Part shown: positions 1 through 9,424 of the stretch, one piece after another
Position numbering within the stretch: the stretch's first letter is position 1
Layout of the letters: every line of letters begins with the position of its first letter
Origin: an uncultured Salinicola sp.
Lineage (GTDB): Bacteria > Pseudomonadota > Gammaproteobacteria > Pseudomonadales > Halomonadaceae
Direction: 5' to 3'
Assembly (NCBI GenBank): GCA_913044205.1
Contig: CAJWNC010000010.1
Span: 1,768 to 65,767 of the forward strand
Length of the DNA: 64,000 bases
Program-made: the position numbers and the translations under genes
Notes under the pieces: generated by a model
Seen by the model: the letters and a program-made list of their open reading frames with translations, nothing else
Databases searched by the model: none
What the model was told of the DNA's origin: nothing

Positions 1-266
1 TTCGATACAGCGCATTACTACCCGCTTTTCGCCCGCCTTCCCGGCTGGCCACCGAGTTCATCAAGGCGGTAGAAGGGCCCTAGTGCGCCAGTTGGAGGGG
101 GCAAAGCCTTGAATCGCCAACAGCCATAACATTAATGAATAGCCGGCATTTAAAACGGCATTGGGCCTGATGGAAAAACGACGATAGCTTGCAGGACAGC
201 CGCTTCAACTAGCGAGCTGATCCGTTCACGACTCATAACGACGCATAAAAACAACGGAGTTAGAGT

Positions 267-1301
267 ATGAAACGCAAGCTAATGGTCTGTGCCGTCATGG
301 CACTCTCCACCGCTGCCACCGTGCAGGCGCAGGACAAGCCGACGCTCTATCTGGGGGCTTATGGCGGGTCCTTCGAAGGTATCTTCCGCGATTCCATCAT
401 TCCCGCGTTCGAGAAGGCTCACAACGTCGACATCGTCTACGTTCCGGGCAATTCCACCGACACCCTGGCCAAGTTGCAGGCCCAGCGCAACGATCAGCAG
501 ATGGACGTCGCCATCATGGACGACGGCCCCACCTATCAGGCGATCAACTACGGGCTGTGTCAGTCCCAGGATCAGGATTCCAGCCTCGACGCACTCTACG
601 ATTTCGCGCGTTTCCCCGACGACAAGGCGGCGGGCATCGGCATCATTGCCGGCGGTCTGGCCTATAACAAGGCGATCTTCGACGAGGAGGGCTGGGCGGC
701 GCCCGACTCCTGGGACGACCTTCGCGACGAGCGCTTCGCCGGCGCCATCAACGTCCCCTCCATCAGTAACAGTTATGGGCTTTATGCGCTGGTGATGATG
801 GCACGCATGAATGGAGGCGGCGAGAGCGATATCGAGCCGGGTTTCAAGGTCTTCGAGCGTGACATCTCGCCCAACGTGCTCTCTTTCACGCCGTCCCCCG
901 GCAAGACGTCCGAACTCTACCAGAACCACGAGATCGTAATGTCGGTCTGGGGAAGCGGTCGCGTGCAGTCGCTGGCCGATACCGGTTTCCCCATCGAGTT
1001 CGTCTACCCCAAGGAGGGGGCAGTCGCCCTGGTCCAGGGCGCCTGTCTGGTCGAAGGGTCTAGCCATGCCGACCTGGCCCAGGCATTCATCGACTACCTA
1101 CTGACGCCTGACGTGCAGATCTTGTTGGCGCGCGAGCGCGGTAACGGTCCCACCAACAAGCAGGTCGAACTGCCCGAGGCGCTGGCAGCCAAGGTTCCCT
1201 ACGGCGACCGCGTCGCCAATCTCGTGACGCTCGACTGGGATACGGTCAACGAGAACCGTCAGGCCTGGACCAATCTCTGGAATCGACGCATCGAGCGCTG
1301 A
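267..1301 (+). CDS. ABC transporter periplasmic substrate-binding protein (PotD/PotF-like, polyamine/opine type)
   Basis: 344-aa ORF with signal peptide MKRKLMVCAVMALSTAATVQA; family-1 solute-binding-protein-like sequence; followed by an ATPase and two permeases. Confidence 0.8.
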   Translation: MKRKLMVCAVMALSTAATVQAQDKPTLYLGAYGGSFEGIFRDSIIPAFEKAHNVDIVYVPGNSTDTLAKLQAQRNDQQMDVAIMDDGPTYQAINYGLCQSQDQDSSLDALYDFARFPDDKAAGIGIIAGGLAYNKAIFDEEGWAAPDSWDDLRDERFAGAINVPSISNSYGLYALVMMARMNGGGESDIEPGFKVFERDISPNVLSFTPSPGKTSELYQNHEIVMSVWGSGRVQSLADTGFPIEFVYPKEGAVALVQGACLVEGSSHADLAQAFIDYLLTPDVQILLARERGNGPTNKQVELPEALAAKVPYGDRVANLVTLDWDTVNENRQAWTNLWNRRIER

Positions 1302-1391
1302 TTCGGTGCCGTCTCAAGATCATTGTCAACGGTAAACCCATCAGCGGGTGGCGCTGCCGCCATGGACGGCGCCGCCCGGGAGTGACTGAGC

Positions 1392-2480
1392 ATGAGCTTC
1401 CTGACTCTCGATTCCTTGACCAAGCGCTATGGCGATACGACCGCGGTAGACACGCTCGATCTCTCCATCGAGCGCGGCGAGTTCGTCTCGCTACTGGGCC
1501 CGTCGGGCTGCGGCAAGACCACGACACTCCAGATGATCGCCGGTTTCGCGCTGCCAAGCGCGGGACGCATCGTCATGGATGGCAGGGACATGACAGATCT
1601 GGCGCCCAATGCCCGCGGTTTCGGCATCGTGTTCCAAAGTTATGCGCTGTTTCCGCACATGACCGTCACCGAAAACGTCGGTTTCGGTCTTGAGATGCGC
1701 AAGATCACGGCGCCAGAGCGACGTCGACGCATCCGTCAGGCATTGGGGCTGGTTCGCCTGGATCATCTCGATGATCGCTACCCGCGAGAACTCTCCGGCG
1801 GCCAGCGCCAGCGCGTGGCACTGGCGCGAGCGCTGGTGATCGAGCCGCCACTGCTGCTGCTTGACGAGCCGCTCTCCAACCTCGATGCCAAGCTGCGCGA
1901 GGAAATGCAACTGGAGCTGCGCAACATCCAGCGCAACGTCGGAACGACCACGCTGATGGTGACGCACGATCAGGGTGAGGCACTGTCGATGAGCGATCGG
2001 GTGGTGGTGATGGATCAGGGCAGGGCGATGCAGATCGCTGAGCCATTCCGTGCCTACGAAGAGCCCGCCGACATCTTCGTTTCGACGTTCGTCGGCAAGA
2101 CCAATCTGCTCGAAGGCCAGGTGGCCGCTGGCACCAACGGGCAGCCCTGCGTGGACCTTGGGGGGCAGCGCCTGGACCTGTTCGGTGCGGGCATGGTGGG
2201 GGACGGACCCGTGCGGGTGTCGATCCGGCCCGAGAGGCTAGAAATGACGGCCTGTCGTCAGGGGCTGGTCGACGGCAGGGTCCAGACGCGCCAGTTCGCC
2301 GGCGACCACTGGCTCTATCAGATCGACACGCCGGTCGGTCTACTGCTGGCGACCTGCCCCAACTGTGGTCCGGCCAGCTTCGATGTCGGCGACGAGGTCG
2401 GCGTGCGCTGGACACCGGACTCGATGCGCCTGTTGAAGGACCGGCCGAAAACGACGCTGTCGCTTGGAGGCATGTCATGA
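1392..2480 (+). CDS. ABC transporter ATP-binding protein (PotA-like)
   Basis: Walker A GPSGCGKTT, ABC signature LSGGQRQRV, Walker B LLLLDEP; C-terminal TOBE-like tail. Confidence 0.9.
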   Translation: MSFLTLDSLTKRYGDTTAVDTLDLSIERGEFVSLLGPSGCGKTTTLQMIAGFALPSAGRIVMDGRDMTDLAPNARGFGIVFQSYALFPHMTVTENVGFGLEMRKITAPERRRRIRQALGLVRLDHLDDRYPRELSGGQRQRVALARALVIEPPLLLLDEPLSNLDAKLREEMQLELRNIQRNVGTTTLMVTHDQGEALSMSDRVVVMDQGRAMQIAEPFRAYEEPADIFVSTFVGKTNLLEGQVAAGTNGQPCVDLGGQRLDLFGAGMVGDGPVRVSIRPERLEMTACRQGLVDGRVQTRQFAGDHWLYQIDTPVGLLLATCPNCGPASFDVGDEVGVRWTPDSMRLLKDRPKTTLSLGGMS

Positions 2481-3394
2481 CCGAAACGGTAATGGAGACA
2501 ATGCGGCCGAGGTCGCCGAACCGCGCCAGGCACCTGGAGCGTTGGTTGCCGCTGTGGCTCACCGGGCCCGCCGCCGTGTTCTTCCTGGTGCTGCTGGGCA
2601 TGCCGCTGCTGATGACGCTGGCGCTATCGTTCTACACCTTCGATTATACCGCCGGGATCGATAAGACACTGACCTTCGCCAACTACGCTGAAGTGCTTTT
2701 CGACGGCTATTTCCACGAGATTTTCCTGCGAACCTACGCCATCAGCCTCGTCACCACGGTGCTCTGTGTGCTGCTGGGCGCGCCCGAGGCCTACATCCTC
2801 TATCGCATGCGTAGCCCCTGGCGATCGATCTTCCTGCTGGTGACGCTAGGGCCGCTGTTGATTTCGGTGGTCGTGCGAACCCTGGGCTGGGTGCTGCTGA
2901 TCGGCGGCAATGGCCTGCTCAGTCAGCTGTTGCAGGGGCTGGGGTTGGCCGGTTCGCGCGGCGTGAGTCTCATGTACACCCATACCGGGGTGGTGATCGC
3001 CATGGTTCACGTGCTGGTGCCGTTCATGGTGATTTCGGTCTGGGCGTCGTTGCGCAAGGTCGATCTGAGTACCGGAGATGCCGCACTTTCGCTCGGCGCC
3101 AAGCCGTTCACCGTGATGCGCCGGGTGATCTTTCCGCAGGTCCTGCCGGGCGTGCTGTCGGGCAGTCTGATCGTGTTCGCGCTGACAGCGAGCTATTTCG
3201 CCACGCCCTCGATCATCGGCGGCCGGCGCCTCAAGGTCGTCGCCACCAGCGTCTACGACGAGTACCTCAGCACCATGAACTGGCCGCTGGGTGCATCGAT
3301 CTCGATCGTGCTGCTGCTGCTCAACGTGATCATCGTCATGAGTTACAGCAGATGGGTAGAGAGGCGTTTTCGCCGCACCCTGGGGGAGGGCTGA
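2477..3394 (+). CDS. ABC transporter permease (PotB-like)
   Basis: Multi-pass hydrophobic protein; ATGA start/stop overlap with the ATPase gene at 2477-2480. Confidence 0.85.
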   Translation: MTETVMETMRPRSPNRARHLERWLPLWLTGPAAVFFLVLLGMPLLMTLALSFYTFDYTAGIDKTLTFANYAEVLFDGYFHEIFLRTYAISLVTTVLCVLLGAPEAYILYRMRSPWRSIFLLVTLGPLLISVVVRTLGWVLLIGGNGLLSQLLQGLGLAGSRGVSLMYTHTGVVIAMVHVLVPFMVISVWASLRKVDLSTGDAALSLGAKPFTVMRRVIFPQVLPGVLSGSLIVFALTASYFATPSIIGGRRLKVVATSVYDEYLSTMNWPLGASISIVLLLLNVIIVMSYSRWVERRFRRTLGEG

Positions 3395-3396
3395 GC

Positions 3397-4203
3397 ATGA
3401 GTGTCGACAGCCGTCGCAACGGGCGCCTGGCGCTCGCTTTTCATACCCTGTTCGTGATCTTCCTGCTGGCGCCACTGGTGGTGATAATCCTGGTGGCCTT
3501 CACGCCCAAGGGCTACCTTTCGTATCCTACCGCCGGCTTCTCGCTGCGCTGGTTTCGCGAGATTCTGGAACGGCCCGACTTCATCGACGCCTTCTACCAT
3601 AGCCTCAACCTGGGCATAGTCTCGGCAACGCTGGCGACACTGTTGTCGATCCCGGCGGCGTTGGCGCTGGCGCGTTTCCGTTTCGCGGGGCGCGAGTTTC
3701 TCAATGGCCTGTTCCTCTCCCCGTTGATGATCCCGCACATCGTGCTCGGGGTGGCATTCCTGCGCTTCTTTTCCGAGATCGGTATCGGCGGCACCTTCGC
3801 CTCGCTGGTATTAGCCCACGTCATCATCGTCATGCCCTACACGCTCCGCCTGGTGCTGGCGGCGGTGATGGGGCTCGATCGCGAGACGGAGCGCGCCGCC
3901 GTTTCGCTGGGGGCGAACCCGTTCACCAGCTTTCGTCGGATCACCTTGCCGCAGATGCTGCCCGGCGTCGCAGGTGGCTGGATGCTGGCCTTCATCACCA
4001 GCTTCGACGAACTCACCATGACCGTGTTCGTCGCCTCGCCGAGCAACACCACACTGCCGGTCAAGATGTACAACTACATCGAGCAGACCATCGATCCGCT
4101 GCTGGCCTCGGTATCGACCGTGATCATCGTGCTGACCGTGGCGTTCATGCTGGTGCTGGATCGCTTCTATGGCCTGGATCGGGTGCTGAGCGGCAAGGGT
4201 TAG
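3397..4203 (+). CDS. ABC transporter permease (PotC-like)
   Basis: Start moved to the ATG at 3397 (MSVDSRRNG...), just after the upstream stop; the tracked ORF start at 3352 would overlap the previous permease; multi-pass hydrophobic protein. Confidence 0.8.
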   Translation: MSVDSRRNGRLALAFHTLFVIFLLAPLVVIILVAFTPKGYLSYPTAGFSLRWFREILERPDFIDAFYHSLNLGIVSATLATLLSIPAALALARFRFAGREFLNGLFLSPLMIPHIVLGVAFLRFFSEIGIGGTFASLVLAHVIIVMPYTLRLVLAAVMGLDRETERAAVSLGANPFTSFRRITLPQMLPGVAGGWMLAFITSFDELTMTVFVASPSNTTLPVKMYNYIEQTIDPLLASVSTVIIVLTVAFMLVLDRFYGLDRVLSGKG

Positions 4204-4298
4204 AGCAGGGGTTCGGCGTTCGCGCGTCGAGCCGGGGCGACCGCCGTTCATGGCGGTGCAATCGAATCGGTGACAGCCGTCAGGGCTTGGGATGGGTT

Positions 4299-5417
4299 AT
4301 GGCGAATTACGATTTTGCGGTGGTCGGTGGCGGTCTGGTCGGTAGCGCCATCGCCTACGGATTGTGCGGCGAGGGACATCGGGTCGTCGTGATGGACGAG
4401 GGCGACGTCGCCTATCGCGCGTCGCGGGGCAACTTCGGCCTGGTGTGGATCCAGAGCAAGGGGTTGGGCATGCCCAACTATTCGGACTGGAGCCAGAGTT
4501 CGTCACGACTGTGGCTCGAACTGGCGCCTGAGCTCAAGGAGTTGACCGGCATCGATGTCCAGCACCAGCGCAGCGGTGGCGTGCATATCTGCCACACCGA
4601 ACGGGAGTGGCTGCAGCGCCGCGAGACGATGGATCGGCTATCGCGCGAGACCGAAGGGCGGTTTCATTTCGAGATGCTCGATCACCGGGCGCTGGCGTCG
4701 CTGGTGCCCGCGATCGGGGGTGATGTCTTCGGCGCCTCGTGGACGCCAATGGATGGCCACGCCAACCCACTCTACCTGTTGCGTGCGCTGCATGCCGGAA
4801 TTCACCAGCGGGACGGTGAATATCGCCGTGGGGGCCCGGTGCGTCGTATCGCGCGGGACGGTGGGGCGTTCCGGCTCGAACGGGATGGCGAGAGTGTCCA
4901 CTGCCAACGGGTGGTGCTGGCCGCCGGTCTGGGCAACAGAGGGCTGGCGGAGCAGGTTGGACTCGAGGCACCGCTGCTGCCCAACCGCGGCGAGGTGATG
5001 ATCACCGAGCGCGTCGCACCGCTGCTGGACATCCCCACGACCTACCTGCGCCAGACTGGCGAGGGTTCACTGCAGATCGGCGACTCCCACGAGGATGTCG
5101 GCATGAACGACGGCACCCGCACCGAAGTCCTGGCGGATATCGCGCAGCGGGCGTTACGGGCCTTTCCTCGCCTGCGCGATGTGCGCATCGTCCGGAGCTG
5201 GGGAGCGTTGCGGGTGATGACGCCGGACGGCTGTCCGATCTACCAGGCCTCCGTCACTCATCCGGGAGCCTACCTGGCTTGCTGCCACAGCGGCGTGACG
5301 CTGGCGGCGGCACATGCCAAACGTCTCGCCCCCTGGATCGGCGGCGGCGAATACCCCGAGGAGATCGTCCCACTCACCGCGGAGAGATTCCATGTTCGCG
5401 TATCTGAAACGGCCTGA
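4299..5417 (+). CDS. FAD-dependent oxidoreductase (OoxB / sarcosine-oxidase-beta / HcnC-like)
   Basis: N-terminal dinucleotide fold DFAVVGGGLVGSAIAYGL directly after the ATG at 4299. Confidence 0.8.
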   Translation: MANYDFAVVGGGLVGSAIAYGLCGEGHRVVVMDEGDVAYRASRGNFGLVWIQSKGLGMPNYSDWSQSSSRLWLELAPELKELTGIDVQHQRSGGVHICHTEREWLQRRETMDRLSRETEGRFHFEMLDHRALASLVPAIGGDVFGASWTPMDGHANPLYLLRALHAGIHQRDGEYRRGGPVRRIARDGGAFRLERDGESVHCQRVVLAAGLGNRGLAEQVGLEAPLLPNRGEVMITERVAPLLDIPTTYLRQTGEGSLQIGDSHEDVGMNDGTRTEVLADIAQRALRAFPRLRDVRIVRSWGALRVMTPDGCPIYQASVTHPGAYLACCHSGVTLAAAHAKRLAPWIGGGEYPEEIVPLTAERFHVRVSETA

Positions 5418-5691
5418 AGAGGGCCGTACCGTCACCATCGAGTATGAGGGTCGAAAGCTGATCGCCAGGGCCGGAGACACGGTTGCGGCGGCACTCCTCG
5501 CGTCCGGTATCGATCGCTTCCGGTCCACGCCGGTCAGCCAGTCGCCGCGAGGCCCGTGGTGCATGATGGGCGCCTGTTTCGATTGCCTGCTGGAGATCGA
5601 TGGTGTGCCCAACCGCCAGGGATGTCAGGTTACGGTGGTCGAGGGCATGACGGTGAGAAGCCAGCAAGGCGCACGGAGGGTCTCGCCATGA
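5392..5691 (+). CDS. (2Fe-2S)-binding small subunit (HcnA / sarcosine-oxidase-alpha N-terminal-like)
   Basis: About 99 aa from MFAYLKRPEEG; Cys cluster WCMMGACFDCLLEIDG...QGCQ; start inferred from homology-like boundary; overlaps the upstream gene end by 26 nt. Confidence 0.7.
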   Translation: MFAYLKRPEEGRTVTIEYEGRKLIARAGDTVAAALLASGIDRFRSTPVSQSPRGPWCMMGACFDCLLEIDGVPNRQGCQVTVVEGMTVRSQQGARRVSP

Positions 5692-7118
5692 AGACGATTC
5701 CACTGGCGATTATCGGTGCCGGCCCGGCTGGGATTGCGGCGGCGCTAACCGCAGCACGCCATGGGCTGAAGCCGGTCGTTTTCGATGAGCAGCCCGCACC
5801 CGGCGGACAGATCTACCGGGCACTGGAATCGACGCCGCTGCGCGATCCCGAACTGCTGGGCCAGGATTACTGGCACGGACGATCGTTGATCGAGGCACTG
5901 CGACGCGAGTCGGTCGACTATCGCCCCGGCCATATGGTGTGGCAGTTGACCCGGGATGGTGAGATCGGCGTGCTCGCAGGTGACACCGCAGCGTTGATCC
6001 GGGCCGAGCGCATCGTTCTCGCCACCGGTGCCCAGGAACGGCCATTTCCCGTCCCCGGCTGGACGCTGCCCGGCGTCATGGGCGCCGGCGCCGCTCAGGT
6101 ACTGCTCAAGACCTCCGGTGTCGTCGCCCAGGCTCCCATGGTCCTGGCCGGTAGCGGGCCTCTGCTCTATCTGGTGGCGGTGCAGTACCTGCGTGCCGGG
6201 GCGAAAGTTGCCGCCATTCTCGAGACGACATCGAAGGAGAACCGGCGACTGGCCCTGGCGCATATCGGCGGGGCCATCAGAGGCTGGCGCTACCTGAAGA
6301 AAGGGGCGGAGCTACTGCGCGAACTGAAGCGCGCCGGGGTCCGTCACGAGCGTCACGTCGTCGCGTTGCGCGCCGAGGGTGATGAGACGCTGACCGGCGT
6401 GGGTTGGCGGACGGCCGACCGACCCGACGACTGGCAGCACTGCGAGGCGACCACGCTGCTGCTCCATCACGGCGTGGTGCCCAACGTCCAGATGACCAGA
6501 GCGCTTGGCGGCGCGCACGACTGGTCCGAACAGCAGCTCTGCTGGCGGCCGCGGCGGGATGCGTTCGGCCGCAGCGACATCGAGAACTTCTTCATCGCTG
6601 GTGACGGTGGCGGGATCGGAGGAGCACGCGCGGCCCAACTTCAGGGCGAGCTAGCGGCGTTGGCGGCGCTCGAATCGCTGGGCCATATCGATGGCCCCAC
6701 GCTGGCACGCGAGGCTGCGCCAGCACGCAGGAAACTCGACGCAGAGCTCGTCGTTCGTCCCTTCCTGGATGCCCTCTATCGGCCAGGCGACAGCTGGCGA
6801 CGGCCGGACGACGACGTCGTGGTCTGCCGTTGCGAGGAGATCTCCGCCGGCGAGATCCGCCGCGTCGCCAAGCTCGGCTGTGCGGGCCCCAATCAGATGA
6901 AGTCTTTCACCCGCTGCGGCATGGGGCCCTGTCAGGGACGCTTGTGTGGTCTGACGGTGAGCGAGATCCTCGCTGCGGAAAACGACCAGAGTCTGGAGCA
7001 GACCGGCTACTACCGCCTGCGTCCGCCTTTCAAGCCCATCACTTTGGGGCAACTGGCCAGCGCGGCGGGGGGTGCCCCGGAAGCGCCGGCGCGGAACGAG
7101 ACCGAGACCGCTTCGTGA
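5688..7118 (+). CDS. FAD/NAD(P)-binding oxidoreductase, OoxA/HcnB-like, with C-terminal BFD-like [2Fe-2S] motif
   Basis: Start at MKTIPLAIIGAGPAGIAAAL (ATGA overlap with the upstream stop at 5688-5691); C-terminal VVCRCEEISAGEI...CGMGPCQGRLCG. Confidence 0.8.
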   Translation: MKTIPLAIIGAGPAGIAAALTAARHGLKPVVFDEQPAPGGQIYRALESTPLRDPELLGQDYWHGRSLIEALRRESVDYRPGHMVWQLTRDGEIGVLAGDTAALIRAERIVLATGAQERPFPVPGWTLPGVMGAGAAQVLLKTSGVVAQAPMVLAGSGPLLYLVAVQYLRAGAKVAAILETTSKENRRLALAHIGGAIRGWRYLKKGAELLRELKRAGVRHERHVVALRAEGDETLTGVGWRTADRPDDWQHCEATTLLLHHGVVPNVQMTRALGGAHDWSEQQLCWRPRRDAFGRSDIENFFIAGDGGGIGGARAAQLQGELAALAALESLGHIDGPTLAREAAPARRKLDAELVVRPFLDALYRPGDSWRRPDDDVVVCRCEEISAGEIRRVAKLGCAGPNQMKSFTRCGMGPCQGRLCGLTVSEILAAENDQSLEQTGYYRLRPPFKPITLGQLASAAGGAPEAPARNETETAS

Positions 7119-8266
7119 AGCCCACGGCGCTAGTCATCGGGGGCGGTCTACATGGCGCGAGCGCGGCGACGCAACTGGCGCGTAGCGGCTTCCGGGTGAC
7201 CGTGGTCGAGAAGAACTACGCCGGTCGGCACGCCTCCGGCGTCAATGCCGGGGGCGTGAGGCGGCTGGGCCGGCATCCCGCCGAAATCCCGCTGGCGGTC
7301 GCTGCCCTCGCGCGCTGGCAGCGACTCGAAACGCTGATCGGCGACGATGGCGGATTCCATCCCTGCGGCCAGATCAAGGTGGCCGAGAACGACGAGGACA
7401 TGGCCAGGTTGGTGTCGCGTGCGGCCGAGGTCCGCGAGCTCGGCTTCGATCATGAAATCATCCTCTCCCGGGAAGAGCTGCGCCGACGCGTGCCGGCAGT
7501 GGCACCGCACTGCGTGGGCGCGCTGGCCTGCGATGGCGATGGTGCGGCCAATCCCTACCGCACGCTGACCGCTTGGCGTCGACAGTCACAGCGCGAAGGT
7601 GCGATATGGCGGGAAGGCGTGCAGGTGACCCGCGTGGACCGGGTCCCCGGTGGCGGCTGGCGACTCTCCACCGATCATCCCGATCTGCCCGGCCTGGATG
7701 CCGATTGGCTGATCAACTGCGCCGGCGGCTGGGCGGGTGGGTTGTGTGGGGCACTCGACGAGTGCGTGGCGATGCAGCCCCAGGCGTTGATGCTGACGAT
7801 CACCGAGCGCGTGACGCCGTTTCTCGGCCCGGTGATCGGCAGCGCATCGCGCGCGCTGTCATTCAAGCAGATGGACAACGGCAGCGTGATGATCGGCGGC
7901 GGCATCGCGGGATGCATCGATACCGGCGGCGAGCATGCAGACGTGCGCCTGGCGGGCCTGGCCCAGAACGTGCAGACCGCGCTTGGGCTGTTCCCGTTCA
8001 TGCGCGACGTTCGCGTGGTGCGCACCTGGGCGGGTATCGAGGGGGTGACCGGGGATGGCATTCCCGTGCTGGGCCTGAGCTGGCGACATCCGAGGCTGAT
8101 CCACTCCTTCGGCTACTCGGCCCACGGCTTCCAGTTGTCGGCCATTACCGGCGAAATCGTCCGGGACCTCGCGCTGGAGCGGGAACCCGCGTTGCCGATC
8201 GCGCCGTTCGACATACGACGTTTCGATTCGTCCTCCGCGGCTGCGCGGGCGAGTCATACACACTGA
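7115..8266 (+). CDS. FAD-dependent oxidoreductase (second OoxB/HcnC-like subunit)
   Basis: GTG at 7115 forms a GTGA overlap with the upstream stop; VKPTALVIGGGLHGASAATQLA dinucleotide fold follows immediately. The tracked ORF start at 6830 lies inside the previous gene. Confidence 0.75.
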   Translation: MKPTALVIGGGLHGASAATQLARSGFRVTVVEKNYAGRHASGVNAGGVRRLGRHPAEIPLAVAALARWQRLETLIGDDGGFHPCGQIKVAENDEDMARLVSRAAEVRELGFDHEIILSREELRRRVPAVAPHCVGALACDGDGAANPYRTLTAWRRQSQREGAIWREGVQVTRVDRVPGGGWRLSTDHPDLPGLDADWLINCAGGWAGGLCGALDECVAMQPQALMLTITERVTPFLGPVIGSASRALSFKQMDNGSVMIGGGIAGCIDTGGEHADVRLAGLAQNVQTALGLFPFMRDVRVVRTWAGIEGVTGDGIPVLGLSWRHPRLIHSFGYSAHGFQLSAITGEIVRDLALEREPALPIAPFDIRRFDSSSAAARASHTH

Positions 8267-8314
8267 CGGCATCGGCCGTCGACTTTTCGACAGCGATCGA
8301 CAGGAGCGTTCTTC

Positions 8315-8665
8315 ATGAGCGATATCAAGCGTCATATTCCGACACCCATCATGCACCGTGTGGTCGAGGCCAACGGTTTTCTGTTCCTGGGAGGAATCGT
8401 GGCCGAGGACCGGTCTCAGGACATGGCAGGGCAGACTCGCCAGATTCTGGACAAGATCGATGCCTACCTCGCCGAGGCGGGTTCCGACAAGCACAAGATC
8501 GTCGCGGCGACGCTCTATGCGACCGACCTAGGGCAGAAGGATGCCATGAACGATGTCTGGAAGGTCTGGCTGGATCCGGCGCCATTGCCGGCGCGGGCAA
8601 CCCTGGGCGTGAGCGATCTGGCTCCGGGTGCGCTACTGGAGGTGGTCGTCACTGCGGTCAAGTGA
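8315..8665 (+). CDS. RidA/YjgF family reactive-intermediate (enamine/imine) deaminase
   Basis: 116-aa protein with typical RidA length and C-terminal motif PARATLGVSDLAPGALLEVVVTA. Confidence 0.8.
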   Translation: MSDIKRHIPTPIMHRVVEANGFLFLGGIVAEDRSQDMAGQTRQILDKIDAYLAEAGSDKHKIVAATLYATDLGQKDAMNDVWKVWLDPAPLPARATLGVSDLAPGALLEVVVTAVK

Positions 8666-9424
8666 TCGGCCGTCATCCCCGGGGCTTTGCATCGGGGTGG
8701 CAGCCCCCGTTCGGGCCGCATCCACCAGCGCCCGGATCAACCGTTGTTGCGAGCGGCTGAAGAGCAGGAACTCCGGATGCCACTGCACGCCAATGAGAAA
8801 GGGGTGGCGGTCGCTCTCGATCGCCTGCACCAGGTCGTCGCGGTCATGGGCGACCACCTTCAGCCCGTCCCCCGGCCGATCCACCGCTTGGTGGTGAAGG
8901 CTGTTCACGTGGCAGTAGCGGCGGTTGAGAATGTCGGCCAGCTGGCTGAATGGCTCGATCTCGATGCGCTTGCGCGGCAGCACCATGCGCCGGTTCCTAA
9001 TGTGGCGATAGGTCGTCTGGATGTCCTCGATCAGGCTGCCACCGCAGTGGATGTTGATGATCTGGGCGCCGCGACAGATGCCCAGGATCGGTATCCGCTC
9101 CGGTAGATAGCGGGCCAGCAGTTCGAGTTCGAGCTCGTCGCGGGCGGGGTCGATGCGAACGTCGAGTTGCATCTCGCCGCCGTAGCGCTGGGCACCGATA
9201 TCGTCGCCCCCGCCGATGATCAGGCCGTCCACCGGCCGTCGCAGCGGACGCGCGGGCGAGATCCGCAGCGGCCTGCCTCCGGCGCGCCAGACCGAGATCC
9301 AGTCGCACCACCAGGCCAGGAAGCTCTTGTGATCCGAGGTGGTGATACCGATCAGCGGCCGGCTCGTCCTGCGTGTCGATCCGGATCGCCGTTTACGTTC
9401 GGATTGGGCTTGCGTCGAATCCAT
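8633..9424 (-). CDS. Class I glutamine amidotransferase-like / peptidase C26 (gamma-glutamyl hydrolase, PuuD-like)
   Basis: Nucleophile elbow ILGICRGAQ and GVQWHPE His-Glu motif; start at MDSTQ (ATG 9424) forms an ATGA overlap with the stop of the upstream amidoligase gene. Confidence 0.8.
   Translation of the reverse strand: MDSTQAQSERKRRSGSTRRTSRPLIGITTSDHKSFLAWWCDWISVWRAGGRPLRISPARPLRRPVDGLIIGGGDDIGAQRYGGEMQLDVRIDPARDELELELLARYLPERIPILGICRGAQIINIHCGGSLIEDIQTTYRHIRNRRMVLPRKRIEIEPFSQLADILNRRYCHVNSLHHQAVDRPGDGLKVVAHDRDDLVQAIESDRHPFLIGVQWHPEFLLFSRSQQRLIRALVDAARTGAATPMQSPGDDGRSLDRSDDHLQ

Noticed and set aside
5392-8266. Calling the 2Fe-2S/HcnB-like/HcnC-like trio a hydrogen cyanide synthase
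   Set aside because: The gene order matches HcnABC, but the same architecture occurs in opine and other secondary-amine oxidases. The linkage here to an ABC importer, an extra OoxB-like subunit and RidA argues for catabolism rather than HCN production. The sequence alone cannot decide.
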